Origin: Trichodelitschia bisporula
Lineage: Eukaryota
Assembly: GCA_010356995.1 (NCBI GenBank)
Contig: ML996697.1
Coordinates: forward strand, 977,793 to 1,000,449
Direction of reading: 5' to 3'
Length of the DNA: 22,657 nucleotides
Both the position numbers and the translations under genes were made by a program. The notes beneath the pieces are model-generated. The model saw only the letters and a program-made list of their open reading frames with translations, searched no databases and was not told the origin of the DNA. Below are positions 11,441 through 21,447 of this stretch, in pieces. The first letter of the stretch is position 1; each line of letters begins with the position of its first letter.

Positions 11441-12517
11441 GAATGATGTTTGGCATTGAAATCGCAGGCACTCCGGGACTCAAGTACTGGCAGCCGTGAG
11501 GGATTTTTGGGAACCGCTGGGCATATTGAGGCAGTGCTCGAGATATGCTGGGCGCGATATGGGTAAGTTGGGCTTGCGCGATTTACTATTAGCGTTGCAG
11601 GAGGTTGTTGAGACGTCGCGATTGCTGATAAGACGTGTAAAGGAGGTGTTGCTGTACACCCATGGGGAAAATGCCTCAACGTCATGTCATGGATACATGG
11701 GTTGCAGGCGGGGAAGAGCTTTGTAGATGTCCATTTTACTCCACATTGGGCATATTGGACGAGTCCGGGCGTCCTTGGGCCGTTGCTCGCCTGCTGCCCT
11801 GATTGCCGCATGGACTGTAGAACAGTTGGACCCGACGGTTTGGCCTCGCGGCGGATTGTCACTTGCGAGTGAGAAGCGGTAACTGCGACTTCGGTTGATG
11901 ATGGTGAAATGTTCGCGTGTACGATTCATACAACGGGATTGGATTTGATCGTGTTGTAAAAGTTGAAAGCTATATGGGGTTGTATGGTGTTCAAGCCCAC
12001 GTTGGATTAAACTTTCTGAGAGCTTGGCGTTTGTGGAATGCGGGGAAGGGAGCGGAGGTGAGGGCTTTTTGCGATGGCTTCGTCGAGCAACTGCAAACGG
12101 TACCACAGCACTCGGACTGTTCTGATAAAACAGAGTAGCTTGCTGGCGGTAAATGCGGTAGAACGGACTTACCTGCAGTTGACTGAACTTGCGTTGCTCT
12201 TTTGGTGTTGAAGGTCACTTGTAATACTCCACGGCAGGTGGCTCAGATTCCTCCAGACACGCTGCATGGCATGGAAGACATGCTGACCACCAAGCAGCCA
12301 AATACTCGCCATGTTGCAAGCAACCAACTCGATCAGCCTAATCATACAATGCAAGGAATGCATCTCATGTACATCCGTATGGCACGCACAAAATTATATG
12401 CACATCGGAAATCGGTCTTCAGACGACGCTGTTGATTCAAAGAATGACGCTTTATACAGACATTAAACCTTTTTGAGACCAAGAAAAAACGCACAACTCT
12501 CACTCCCCTCCCATAAT

Positions 12518-12970
12518 CTACGCGAGCATGACCAGCAAGCCGGCGATCAGAAGGCCAGTACCAACGGTGTTGACGGCGGCGGAACCAGTGTGCTCTTTGG
12601 CGCCTGAAGCGGAGCCCGAATCGGAGTTGCTGCCAAAGCCGGAGTCGGAGTCGGAATCGTCGTCGCCGCTCGTGGACGTCGGCTTGGACAGGCGCGTGGA
12701 GGTGCCGTTGCGGGAGGAGCCGTTGGTGGTGCTGTTGCCGTACGTCGAGTTCTTGCTGCTGCCGTGCAAGGTGCCCGTGGTGTAGCCCGAGGGGCTGGTG
12801 AGGGACTTGGTGCCGTTCGCGGCGTGGGTGGCGGTGGAGGTGGAGGTGCCGGAGAGCTTGACGGACACGGCGGACGCACTGCTCGGGTAGGTTGAGTTGG
12901 ACAGCGAGGCGGCGGCAAAGGCGAAGAAGAGAACAAAGGCCAGCAGGACCGAGGGAGCGAATGAGCGCAT
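12518..12970 (-). CDS. Small secreted Ser/Thr-rich, probably GPI-anchored cell-wall glycoprotein, 150 aa
   Basis: Signal peptide MRSFAPSVLLAFVLFFAFAAA, an S/T/G-rich body with six N-x-S/T sequons (NST, NGT, NST, NST, NGS, NGT), a small-residue omega region (TGSAA) and a hydrophobic tail (GLLIAGLLVMLA). Third codon positions are strongly GC-biased. Confidence 0.85.
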   Translation of the reverse strand: MRSFAPSVLLAFVLFFAFAAASLSNSTYPSSASAVSVKLSGTSTSTATHAANGTKSLTSPSGYTTGTLHGSSKNSTYGNSTTNGSSRNGTSTRLSKPTSTSGDDDSDSDSGFGSNSDSGSASGAKEHTGSAAVNTVGTGLLIAGLLVMLA

Positions 12971-14941
12971 TCTGGCGGTGGTTCAAGCGAGGGTGCGGTT
13001 TTTGGCAGTTGGAGGTTTACTGTTTGAATGAATGACTGATATCGACAACGACGAAAAGAAAGCACGCAACGAGAGACGGCTAAAACACAACAATACGGCA
13101 ACGACAACTATGAGAAGCAGTCAGCGAGAAGGAGAGTTGAAGAAGGACGGCCAGCGGATAGGGAAAGGAGAGCTAAAAACCAGGCGAAGGCGAAGTGGAG
13201 AAGAACTAAAGTTAGGGGAGCCTGGGCATCGCGGTGAAACCTCGCCGCCAGCGGAGACCCTCAGTGGCCCATTGCTGCTAAGAATGGTTGCTGAGAAGCT
13301 GAGGCTCCTTTTCTTTTGCCTTTACGTGGAACAAGCGAGCCTTCAAGACTTTGTTTTGAGTTTCGAGAAGCATTCGCAGCCGCGCGATTGCGCAGCATTC
13401 GATTTCAGCCGTGGCTGGCGATTTCAGCCGCACCGCCGCACCCGCAGCTCAACCGCCAGGGGGGCGTTCGGAAATGCGGAGCCGGGTTCAACACTGACGT
13501 GAAGGCAGAGTGAGGGATGAGGTGAGGTCAGCCGTGCTGGCTCCAGTGGGGAGACATGTACGACATCATATCTTCGATTTCTCTGCGCAGTGGGAGTGAT
13601 GGACAGATCTCGGAGATGTTCGATACGGACATCGACGTCAGTTGAGGCATTTGAGATGTTGGGAATGGAGTCGCGAAACAAGTTCCGTCGAGCTCCGCTT
13701 TTCGACGCCACTTTTTTGCAGGTTTGTCGTCGATAGCTCCGCTTCCCCTCACCCACCAGCCACCCCGCATGTGGCTGGGAATGCAAGGGTTGAGGACAAA
13801 AAGTGGCGCAAAGACTCTCGCGGCGTGGTGCAGGGATCACCCTCCGCACCTGCTGCCAAGCTAGAAAAGCGGGGCCGCTCTCCCTGTCGAAGTCTGTGCG
13901 TTTGTCCTGCACCTCTAGCTTGGCGCATTGAAGTTTGACTTGTGACAGTCCAGACTCGAGAGACGCGGTGAGAGCATCTTGCCACGACTGTGTTGGAGCA
14001 TGATAGCCTGAATGTGAGTATGATCCGTAAGGGTATTGTAAGCGATGCAGTTTGATGGCAAAGAACATGATGACAACGAGCGGACTGCCTTCACAAGTCA
14101 ACTTAGATTAGCTGTAACCCACGAGAGGCGGCTCCTCCATCTCATCCGCGTTTACGGTAGTACCGCCAGTGCTGTACCGCAGTACCGTACTCCGAACCCA
14201 GAGACCCCATGCAACAGCGACAAACAAGAAACCGCTGCAGTGGAACCCTTGCGTTCCTCAATCCAGGTCGGGAAGCTGCACCAAACTCTGGACCAGACAG
14301 CGTCTGTGAGGTAGAACTCCGCAATATACTACTGGATGATGCAGCGCGTTGCATATGCGTGATTTCCCCTCCCCCGCAGATTCCCTTCTGACCCTCCCTA
14401 ACCCTAGAACTAGACCCCACGAGCCTTCCCTGGACATTTCCCTTGACCCAGTGGCCAAAGCAAGTGTGTGTGAGGTGTGCATGTGTGACCCTCGAAGGAC
14501 CCAGTCGACCGATGCTGATAACATTGATATCACTCCTCTTGCACTACCTCTGCACCACCTCATTTCTTGCTCCTTTACCCTCCTGCCCTCTCCCACACAC
14601 ACTATCTCTTCATCTCTATCAATTCCACCTCTGCCTCAAGCCGTCGAGCTGGACTGCAAGCTTCGACGCTTCCCCCCAACCCCGCCTGAAAGCCAACCCC
14701 CCCATTAGCGCTAAAAGCTCCTAGCGCAGCCTGTGCTTCTAGGCTTAAAGCCACCACTCCACCAGCTCAACTGATCAAGACCATAACTCGCGCGCGCCTT
14801 TTCTTGCCGCCATTCCCCTCATCTGTCATCGTCACGGCCTTGCATCATTGTCCCTCGACTTCCTCGACGATCCCGACTTTAAAGCTCGACTTCCCCCCCC
14901 GTCTTATCACCTGCCCAGCCTCATATACAACAATCAATGTC

Positions 14942-16432
14942 ATGACCTGGCAGTCCCTGTTCGCACAGGCCGCCCTGGCCGATTCGCTGGCCCCGCACCC
15001 CGACAACGCCGACTCCGAACCCCGGCCGCCTCGCCAGCTGCCCGTGTTGCCTCCCACGAGATCACAACAGTACGGCTACCACAACACCTTCCACACACAC
15101 GCATCTGCCGTTCCGCCGCCCCTCTCGCCGCTCGCATCATCCGAACCTGATGTCCTCCCGCCCTACACCTGCACCGTACACCGCGAAGGCGCCCTCGAGC
15201 TGCGGCGCGAGTTCCTTACACCCTTTCAGCCGGACCCTGATGGCGCCTGGCAGCCGACCTATGCCGTGCTGCGCGGCACACAGCTCAATCTGTTCTCTAC
15301 AAGCGCGAAGCCGAAACCTAAGCCCGCACCGCTGCTGCGCTCGCGCTCGTTCCGTCGTTCCGTCACCGATGTTCCCGAGTCAGACGACGCCCCGTTGCTG
15401 AAGTCATACTCTCTGCAACACGCCGAAGTCGGCGCTGCCCCAGACGCAAAGTATAGCGATGCTTTCCCAGCGCGCATCCGCCCGGCTCCTCTGCTGGCGC
15501 GGCTGGTGCGGCCAACAGGGCGCGCCCGCCGGTTAAGCCTCCTCATTTCTTCGTGGCCCGCCGATCACGCCGAGAACGAGGTGGACCCCGCGCGAGAATG
15601 GTCCTTTCGTCTGCGCGTTGAGTCTGAGCAGATTCTACTCAGTGCCACATCGCAAGAGGAGATGCTCGCGTGGATCGAGACACTGTGCGCGGCGATCGAC
15701 ATTTCGCCGCCGCTGGAAGACCGGAGTGAGCCCCGGTATCGGAGCTTACCCCGGCGTGCACGCCGACAGCGCCAGATTGAGGAAGCAGCCGTGGGCTATG
15801 CCCTAGGCGCACTGTATGAAGGCGACGACGAGCGAGCCGATGCGCGCCGCCGCCTCGTCGAGCAGCAAGAACGCATCGTGCGCCGCTTCTACCCGCAGCT
15901 TCTCGAGGGCCCAGAGCCCGACGCCGACGCCGAAGCGCACGCCGAAGCCGCCGAAGCCGAAGCCGAAGCCACGACGGAAGAACCTCACGACCCGGAAGCC
16001 GACGAGCTCGACCCGTCCGATCCCGACGAAGCGCGACAGCACAAGGCCGCTCCCCCGCAGCCCTCGCCCGCTGCAGTGTTGCGGTACCGACGTCGCTGTG
16101 CGCCGATATTGCTGCGCGACTCGCCGCGCGCGTCGCCGGTGGTTTTCTGCGCGGCAAGGCGCCTGCGGCTGCGTATCGACGCCCGCGCGAGGGCGCTTGT
16201 GCCCTTTGAGATGGCGCCGCCGCGGTATGACAACGAGTGGCGCCCGGCGGCTGCGCGCGGAGATGCGCTTGTGCGGGTGGAGAGCGTGAGCAGCGAGAGC
16301 GGCGACTCGGATATTATTTCGGGGGCGGGGGTGCGGCCGCCGCGTGTGAAGGCTGTGGGGAAGGAGCGGAGGAGGGGGGTGAATGTGGGGTTTGGGGATG
16401 CGATGGTTTTGCAGGGGGTTGTTATTGTGTAG
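14942..16432 (+). CDS. PH-domain protein with PPxY motifs (YHR131C-like fungal family), about 496 aa
   Basis: The first in-frame ATG is at 14942. Motifs: LPPYTCTVHREG, WQPTYAVLRGTQLNLF, YSLQHAEVGAAPD, FRLRVESEQILL, EMLAWIETLCAAIDISPPLEDR, YRSLPRR. A second PY motif, PPRY, lies near the C-terminus. Confidence 0.85.
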   Translation: MTWQSLFAQAALADSLAPHPDNADSEPRPPRQLPVLPPTRSQQYGYHNTFHTHASAVPPPLSPLASSEPDVLPPYTCTVHREGALELRREFLTPFQPDPDGAWQPTYAVLRGTQLNLFSTSAKPKPKPAPLLRSRSFRRSVTDVPESDDAPLLKSYSLQHAEVGAAPDAKYSDAFPARIRPAPLLARLVRPTGRARRLSLLISSWPADHAENEVDPAREWSFRLRVESEQILLSATSQEEMLAWIETLCAAIDISPPLEDRSEPRYRSLPRRARRQRQIEEAAVGYALGALYEGDDERADARRRLVEQQERIVRRFYPQLLEGPEPDADAEAHAEAAEAEAEATTEEPHDPEADELDPSDPDEARQHKAAPPQPSPAAVLRYRRRCAPILLRDSPRASPVVFCAARRLRLRIDARARALVPFEMAPPRYDNEWRPAAARGDALVRVESVSSESGDSDIISGAGVRPPRVKAVGKERRRGVNVGFGDAMVLQGVVIV

Positions 16433-17489
16433 CTTAGCGGCGGGGATAGAGGTTGCGTGATACCCTTGGGATTTTTAATTGATGATGTGATTTATGAATG
16501 ATGCTGGGTTTTGATGTGACTGGGTGGATGGTGTGTGTTGGATGTTGGGTTAAGAGGGCTGTTGACAAAGATCAGTTTCGCTCAAGACAACAGGCTTATA
16601 TTTAAAGTTTGCGGAAAAGTCTGATGCATACAGCAGCAAATCCCAGTGACTACGCTCCCCGTATATTCACCGTTTGTCCAACGCTGCCTCGATTGACCCG
16701 TAGTTGAGTGGGTGACCGTTTGCATCCTGCCCATGCACTGCTGTATGTTTTTTGTCATTCGAGGGTCTGATATTAGGCGCGTAGGGCCTGGGGCGGCTCA
16801 GTTTTGCGTTAAAAGCACGATTCATAATCTCATCCGTGGTGCCGCCTGGTATGGAGACCAGGTTGGGGCATTGCCATAGCGGATAGGAAGGAGCCGCGTG
16901 GGCTTACTGTGCGTACCAAGCTTCGTAGAAACATCAGGTATTTAGTTTCAAACTTCACCTCGCTCTCTTTTCCCCTTCTCATCTTTTTACAACTCTTCAT
17001 TGCACGCCGTAACCATTGCGCCCCTCAACCCTATGCTTCTAAGAGCACTGGCCAATTCTCTATGAACTCAGTTTACGAAACTGACGGAGGAATACTGCCC
17101 CGAAGAGCCTTGCCTAGCGAACATGATCTGGGCAACAAAAGTCGTAGCATCCCCAGTGGTCTCGCGTAGGTCCCTCAAAGCCAGTGGCGTGAGCTGAACC
17201 CAAGCTAGAATCTCATCGAGTCGCCGCCTACCTACCTCGAACACAGCCTGAAATCCGTCAGAATCGACTCAACTGGCCCTTTCTAACGCTTGATGCTGCC
17301 TGTTCTCCCCCAGGCCGCCAACAGAACACCCAAGCGCAATGGAGGGGAGATGTGCTCCGACTTTTCGAGTGGCCCTTGACGTTGCACCGGCTGGGCTGCG
17401 CCTCCTTCCCCTCATTTACAGCCTGATCAGACATCGTCGTAATCCGCAAAGCAAGCTCTCGATCTCAACTTTCTTCTCTCTCCTCCAAA

Positions 17490-19885
17490 ATGCGGCGCAT
17501 CAAGGCATACATAACTCGGAAGGCCCATGCAACTCGGAAGTCCTTTTCACTGGGTTTGGCGGAAGAGCTCCCGGAATTCGGGCCGTTGGCATCTGGCAGT
17601 GAGCCGCCTCCGCACGGCTCCCAGATGGAAGTTCCAGATCGGTCCATATGCCCTATATGCCTTAACTTGGATCCGGAAAAGCTCCTTTCCGGGACCGTAA
17701 TGGGACGGCAAGCGCTGTATGGCAGCGAATGTTACTACTGCCTAGTGGTTGTGCACATGCTGTTGACCCACAACCGAGATCTCGACCGCTCCTTTTGCTT
17801 TACTCTTACACCAAGCTATTATCGCTGGGGCCCACGTGGACCTGTGGGGCCCAAGATACCGGTGCTCAGTTTGACCGATCAAGAAAGGCATCCACCTTTA
17901 CATGGCAATTTTTGCCTCATGAGAAGTAAGTGTACATTAATCCCTTTGACTTGCGTCTAACTCCTCCAGCGGACCTGCCTTCAAAAACTCCAGTGACTTC
18001 AGTAACTCCAGTGGCACAGCCGATCCGGCTTGAGGAAGAGTATAACCGTCGGCAGAAGCCTGCTCGAACCCCCGGCGCCCCTGAATGCCTGGCCATGGCG
18101 AGAGACGCAATCGCCACTTGTTTCGGGCAGCACGACGCTTGCCCCCACTTCCACGAGACGCAACTACCCACACGGCTGCTGGATGTTGGGTCCGAGGCCC
18201 GACATCCCAAGCTGTTCGTCACGAATGGAGAAACCGGGAAGTACATAGCATTGAGCCATTGCTGGGGCAAAGGCAAGCCGCTTAGACTTATGAAAGCTTC
18301 GTTCGAGTCCTTCCGGAACAAGATTTTGCTTGCCGACCTTCCCGCCCTCTTCCGGGATGCGGTGCTGCTGACTCGACAGCTTGGAGTTTCCTATCTCTGG
18401 ATCGATTCGTTGTGCATCGTCCAGGACGATCCCTCCGACTGGGAGAGGGAGTCTGCGCTAATGTGCAACCTGTACGCCAACGCCTACGTGACAATTGCCG
18501 TCCACACGTCGAAAAATGGCTCGGAGTCGTTTCTATCCACGCCGCGGCCAGCGTCCCACCACAGCGCGCCCCCTGTTTGCAGCCGGCAATACCCAGGCAC
18601 CATCCTCACCTTCAAGCAGCAATACGAGTTGTCGTCCTTGCTCGGAATTCCTGATACAGATTACGATGCACGCCCACTGGACTATACCCAGGAGGAACGG
18701 TTCGTCGGCTGTACTGCACCGTGGGAAAACTCGTTTCTCATCTCGCGCGGCTGGGTTCTGCAGGAGCGCCTGATCAGTCAACGGACGCTGCATTACACAG
18801 AGGCGGGTCTGATCTGGGAGTGCGCGACGGCCATGTTCTGCGAGTGCCTGGGGCCTGTGAGTCAAGAGCCTTTTGAGCGCTCCTGGAAGGAGGAGGAGCC
18901 CAAGGGCCTGGAGGGGTCATTGGAGCTGTGGGCGCATCTGGTGCAGTGGTACACGGGCCTTGCCCTTACCTACGAGAGCGATCGCCTCATTGCACTTGCC
19001 GGACTAGCGGCTCGGTTTGAGAAGCAAACCGACTCTAGATACATATGCGGGGTGTGGTTGGATCGCTCCCTTTTCCATCTCGCCAATCAATGGGATACGA
19101 AAATGGCCAAATGGTGTCCGGTATTTCGCATGCCCGAGCCCGAAGATGAGGGCTTCCTGGATACTCCGTGGAAGGAACCATTCCGCTTGAACTGGGAACG
19201 CCACTATACATTTATCTACCAGCTGCACTGGTTCAAGGAGGAGCCAGGAGCAGTAGAGCGAAATACGGAAACGTGCACCTCTCCCTCGTGGTCATGGGCG
19301 TCCATCAGCGGGGTAGTAAGACTGATGGACTTTAAAGAGCAATCGATGTTGAAGTTCACGATGGAAATACTCAACGTGCAGTACGTCCTGGCAACGGTGA
19401 ACCGCTTCGGGCCCGTTAAAGAGCCCGCCTCCCTGACTGCACGTGGCCTTCTGCACGAGGCCGACTTCCAGAGGTGTCCACGTAAACAGGCCGACTTCCA
19501 GAGGGATCCGCGCGAACAAGACGACTTCGAGAGTACTCCGCTTGAATCGCTCAGTTGTCCAGGTCCCTTAAAATGCTCTGGGATGCACCCCATTCGCCTA
19601 CCGGAGAGCATAAAGCCAAGTGAACTGCCTTCCCAGGTCTCTGGTACCCTTCCGTATTTTACTATCAAGTTAGACGTCGATCTCCCGCACGACAATGCTG
19701 TTTACAGGTTCTGGCTTTTCAGCACCGTCCATTGCAATGATATTACCTCAGGACCGGACTGGAACAGCATGTGGCTGCTGCTACGGAAACGCTCGGACGG
19801 GTGGTTTGAGAGGGTAGGGCTATGTTATTCCAATTATCATCTGAGCTTGGAGTTTAACGATTTGCGGACCATTACCATCATCTAG
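17490..19885 (+). CDS. HET-domain (heterokaryon incompatibility, PF06985-type) protein, about 783 aa (738 aa if started at ATG 17625)
   Basis: Exons 17490-17925 and 17970-19885, with intron 17926..17969 (GTAAGT..TCTAAC..CAG, 44 nt, phase 1). Motifs: N-terminal CPIC..CYYC, LPTRLLDV, YIALSHCWG, LPALFRDAV..LGVSYLWIDSLCIVQDDPSDWERESALMCNLYANAYVTIA, SRGWVLQERLIS, LTYESDRLIALAGLA, PSWSWAS, FERVG. Confidence 0.92.
19458..19547 (+). repeat. 30-bp coding tandem repeat x3 inside the HET gene
   Basis: aggccgacttccagaggtgtccacgtaaac / aggccgacttccagagggatccgcgcgaac / aagacgacttcgagagtactccgcttgaat, encoding ADFQRCPRKQ-ADFQRDPREQ-DDFESTPLES. Confidence 0.85.
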
Positions 19886-20140
19886 GTGTGGATGGCAACG
19901 GCATGAGGTTATCGAAGCCGCCTTGTGACTTCAGCCAACTGGTATGTGCTGTTAAGCCTGGCTTCTATGCAAGGTTGGATATGAGGAACAGGCAAATTCT
20001 GCGGACATTTAGATAGATGACTACGGCTGTCAACGCGTGTGCGAATTTCATTTCTCACTCTATCTAGGTGCGCTCAACTCTAGGGCAGATTCTCTCACTC
20101 TCTTATTACCAGTAGTTTAGTTATTCATGCTATTGCAGTC

Positions 20141-20404
20141 TGTCACGGTCACTGCAAGTGTGCACAAAGCTCTGGATGCAGATGGATGATTGTGTCATGG
20201 CTCATGGTCGGTATGATGCCTGAGGCCACGACTGATCGTCAGGGTCGCTTGCACCACCACTGTGGCTGTGGCTGTGTGGCTAGTGCTGGCTAGCGCCTCG
20301 CTCTGCCCCACACCCCCACACCGTGGTTGTGTTTCGCTTTGCCATCCTCTTCCTCTCTTTCATCTGCATCCAGAGCTTTGTGCGCACTTGCAGTGACCGT
20401 GACA
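20141..20404. mobile_element. 264-bp TG..CA element with 44-bp terminal inverted repeats (MITE-like, or an unusual Gypsy-type LTR)
   Basis: 20141-20184 (tgtcacggtcactgcaagtgtgcacaaagctctggatgcagatg) is the reverse complement of 20361-20404 at 43/44 positions. Pairing extends 2 bp outward (20139/20406). No matching TSD (cagtc vs gaata). Confidence 0.65.
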
Positions 20405-20590
20405 GAATATCAGATCCCCATCCTCTGCTGGGTGACAGCAAGTCTTTCCACGAGATTCGACAAACTACGGATAGTTTGAAAAGCTCAAATCAGGCTTGCT
20501 GCCTCACCTGGAAAGGTGAGTCATATCTGAGCGCACTGCGCAAGAGGATAGCAGCTGATTTGTTGCATGACAGGCATCTGCACGAATCGC

Positions 20591-20678
20591 ATCGGGCAAT
20601 CAGTGGATATGGATCTCTACTGTGCGCAAACCATATCGGGCAAACGGTAGATACAGATCTCTACTGTGCGCAAATCGG
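20591..20678. repeat. 44-bp tandem duplication
   Basis: atcgggcaatcagtggatatggatctctactgtgcgcaaaccat (20591) vs atcgggcaaacggtagatacagatctctactgtgcgcaaatcgg (20635). Confidence 0.85.
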
Positions 20679-20696
20679 ATAGGGGAACTGTCAGCA

Positions 20697-20905
20697 ATGG
20701 CGGACAACGGAGACCTTGTCGACACCAACACGATGGTTGGTAGTGGCACGACGACCGGAGTTGCCAGCGGGGCAGCTGTCGGATCGACAAACGGAACGGT
20801 TAACGGATCGACAAACGGAACAGTCAACGGATCGGCAAACGGAACAGTCAACGGATCGGCTGCGGTCAATCAAGACATTCACATGCAGGACCGCCCCGAG
20901 GAAGG
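20697..20905 (+). pseudogene. 5' fragment of an ORF with 8-aa GSTNGTVN repeats, cut by an LTR at 20906
   Basis: ATG in good context (gcaATGg). The peptide is MADNGDLVDTNTMVGSGTTTGVASGAAVGSTNGTVNGSTNGTVNGSANGTVNGSAAVNQDIHMQDRPEEG, with 24-bp repeats at 20781-20860. The frame stops only after entering the LTR. Identity unknown, possibly the start of a TE gag. Confidence 0.4.
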
Positions 20906-21079
20906 TGTTGAAAGGTGATGCGTGATCGACAGAAACGTCACTGCATCACAAGTTGGACCGAAGGTCTGTCCATGAACAAGTTGCTTGATTGTCAAAGAGG
21001 TGGGGATCTCGAGTCTACTTGTACTCGAGCCCTGTGGCTGAACCTGGGTAAGGCTGAACATAGCCACCGAATTCCAACA
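20906..21079. mobile_element. Solo LTR copy A (174 bp, TGTTG..CAACA)
   Basis: Has its own TGTTG/CAACA termini. By manual alignment it matches the reverse complement of 21271-21445 with about 20 substitutions and 1 indel. Confidence 0.75.
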
Positions 21080-21270
21080 GGGAGGGATACTACAATTGAG
21101 CGATGCGCATCGTTAAGTGAGCCCTCATGCCCATTGCTCATCGTTTTACCCATCTCGTCGTTATACGCATCTCGTCGTCATGCCATTGCTCCTCGAGCTC
21201 TCATGCTACTGCTCTTCGAGCTCTCGCCTATCACTCCTCGAGCTATCTAAGCATCGCTAGTGTGTGCAAT

Positions 21271-21445
21271 TGTTGGAATGCGGTGGCTGTGTTCAGCCTC
21301 ACCCAGTTTCAGCCACAGGGCGCGAGCACAAGCAGACCCGGGGTCCCCACCTCTTTGACAATACAAGCAACTTGTTCATGTACAGACCTTCGGTCCAACT
21401 TATGATGCTGTGATGTTTCCATTTATCACACATCACCTTTTAACA
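21271..21445. mobile_element. Solo LTR copy B (175 bp), inverted relative to copy A, abutting the Copia RNase H fragment
   Basis: tgttggaatg...caccttttaaca is the reverse-complement homolog of 20906-21079. Confidence 0.75.
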
Positions 21446-21447
21446 CT

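Noticed and set aside
12023..12028. PacC-like GCCAAG site upstream of the ATPase
   Set aside because: A single hexamer in about 1 kb is expected by chance.
13399..13430. Direct repeat CGATTTCAGCCG x2 upstream of the GPI gene
   Set aside because: It may be a transcription-factor site, but it is too short to assign without conservation data.
13424..14101. 225-aa minus-strand ORF and other ORFs between the GPI and PH genes
   Set aside because: The long ORF has a non-ATG start, and none shows a recognisable motif or codon bias. The region is best read as a divergent promoter.
14395..14410. CTAACCCTA as a telomerase RNA template
   Set aside because: Only about 540 nt remain before the PH ORF, far less than the roughly 1.5-2 kb telomerase RNAs of filamentous ascomycetes. 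No pseudoknot or CR4/5 element was recognised, and the motif is common in promoters.
14804..14941. N-terminal extension of the PH ORF from TTG 14804, and similar extensions at 6151 and 17930
   Set aside because: Non-ATG starts produced by the ORF caller. ATG starts and splice models explain these genes.
20591..20860. Tandem repeats as a CRISPR-like array
   Set aside because: Eukaryotic context, contiguous repeats with no unique spacers, and no cas genes.
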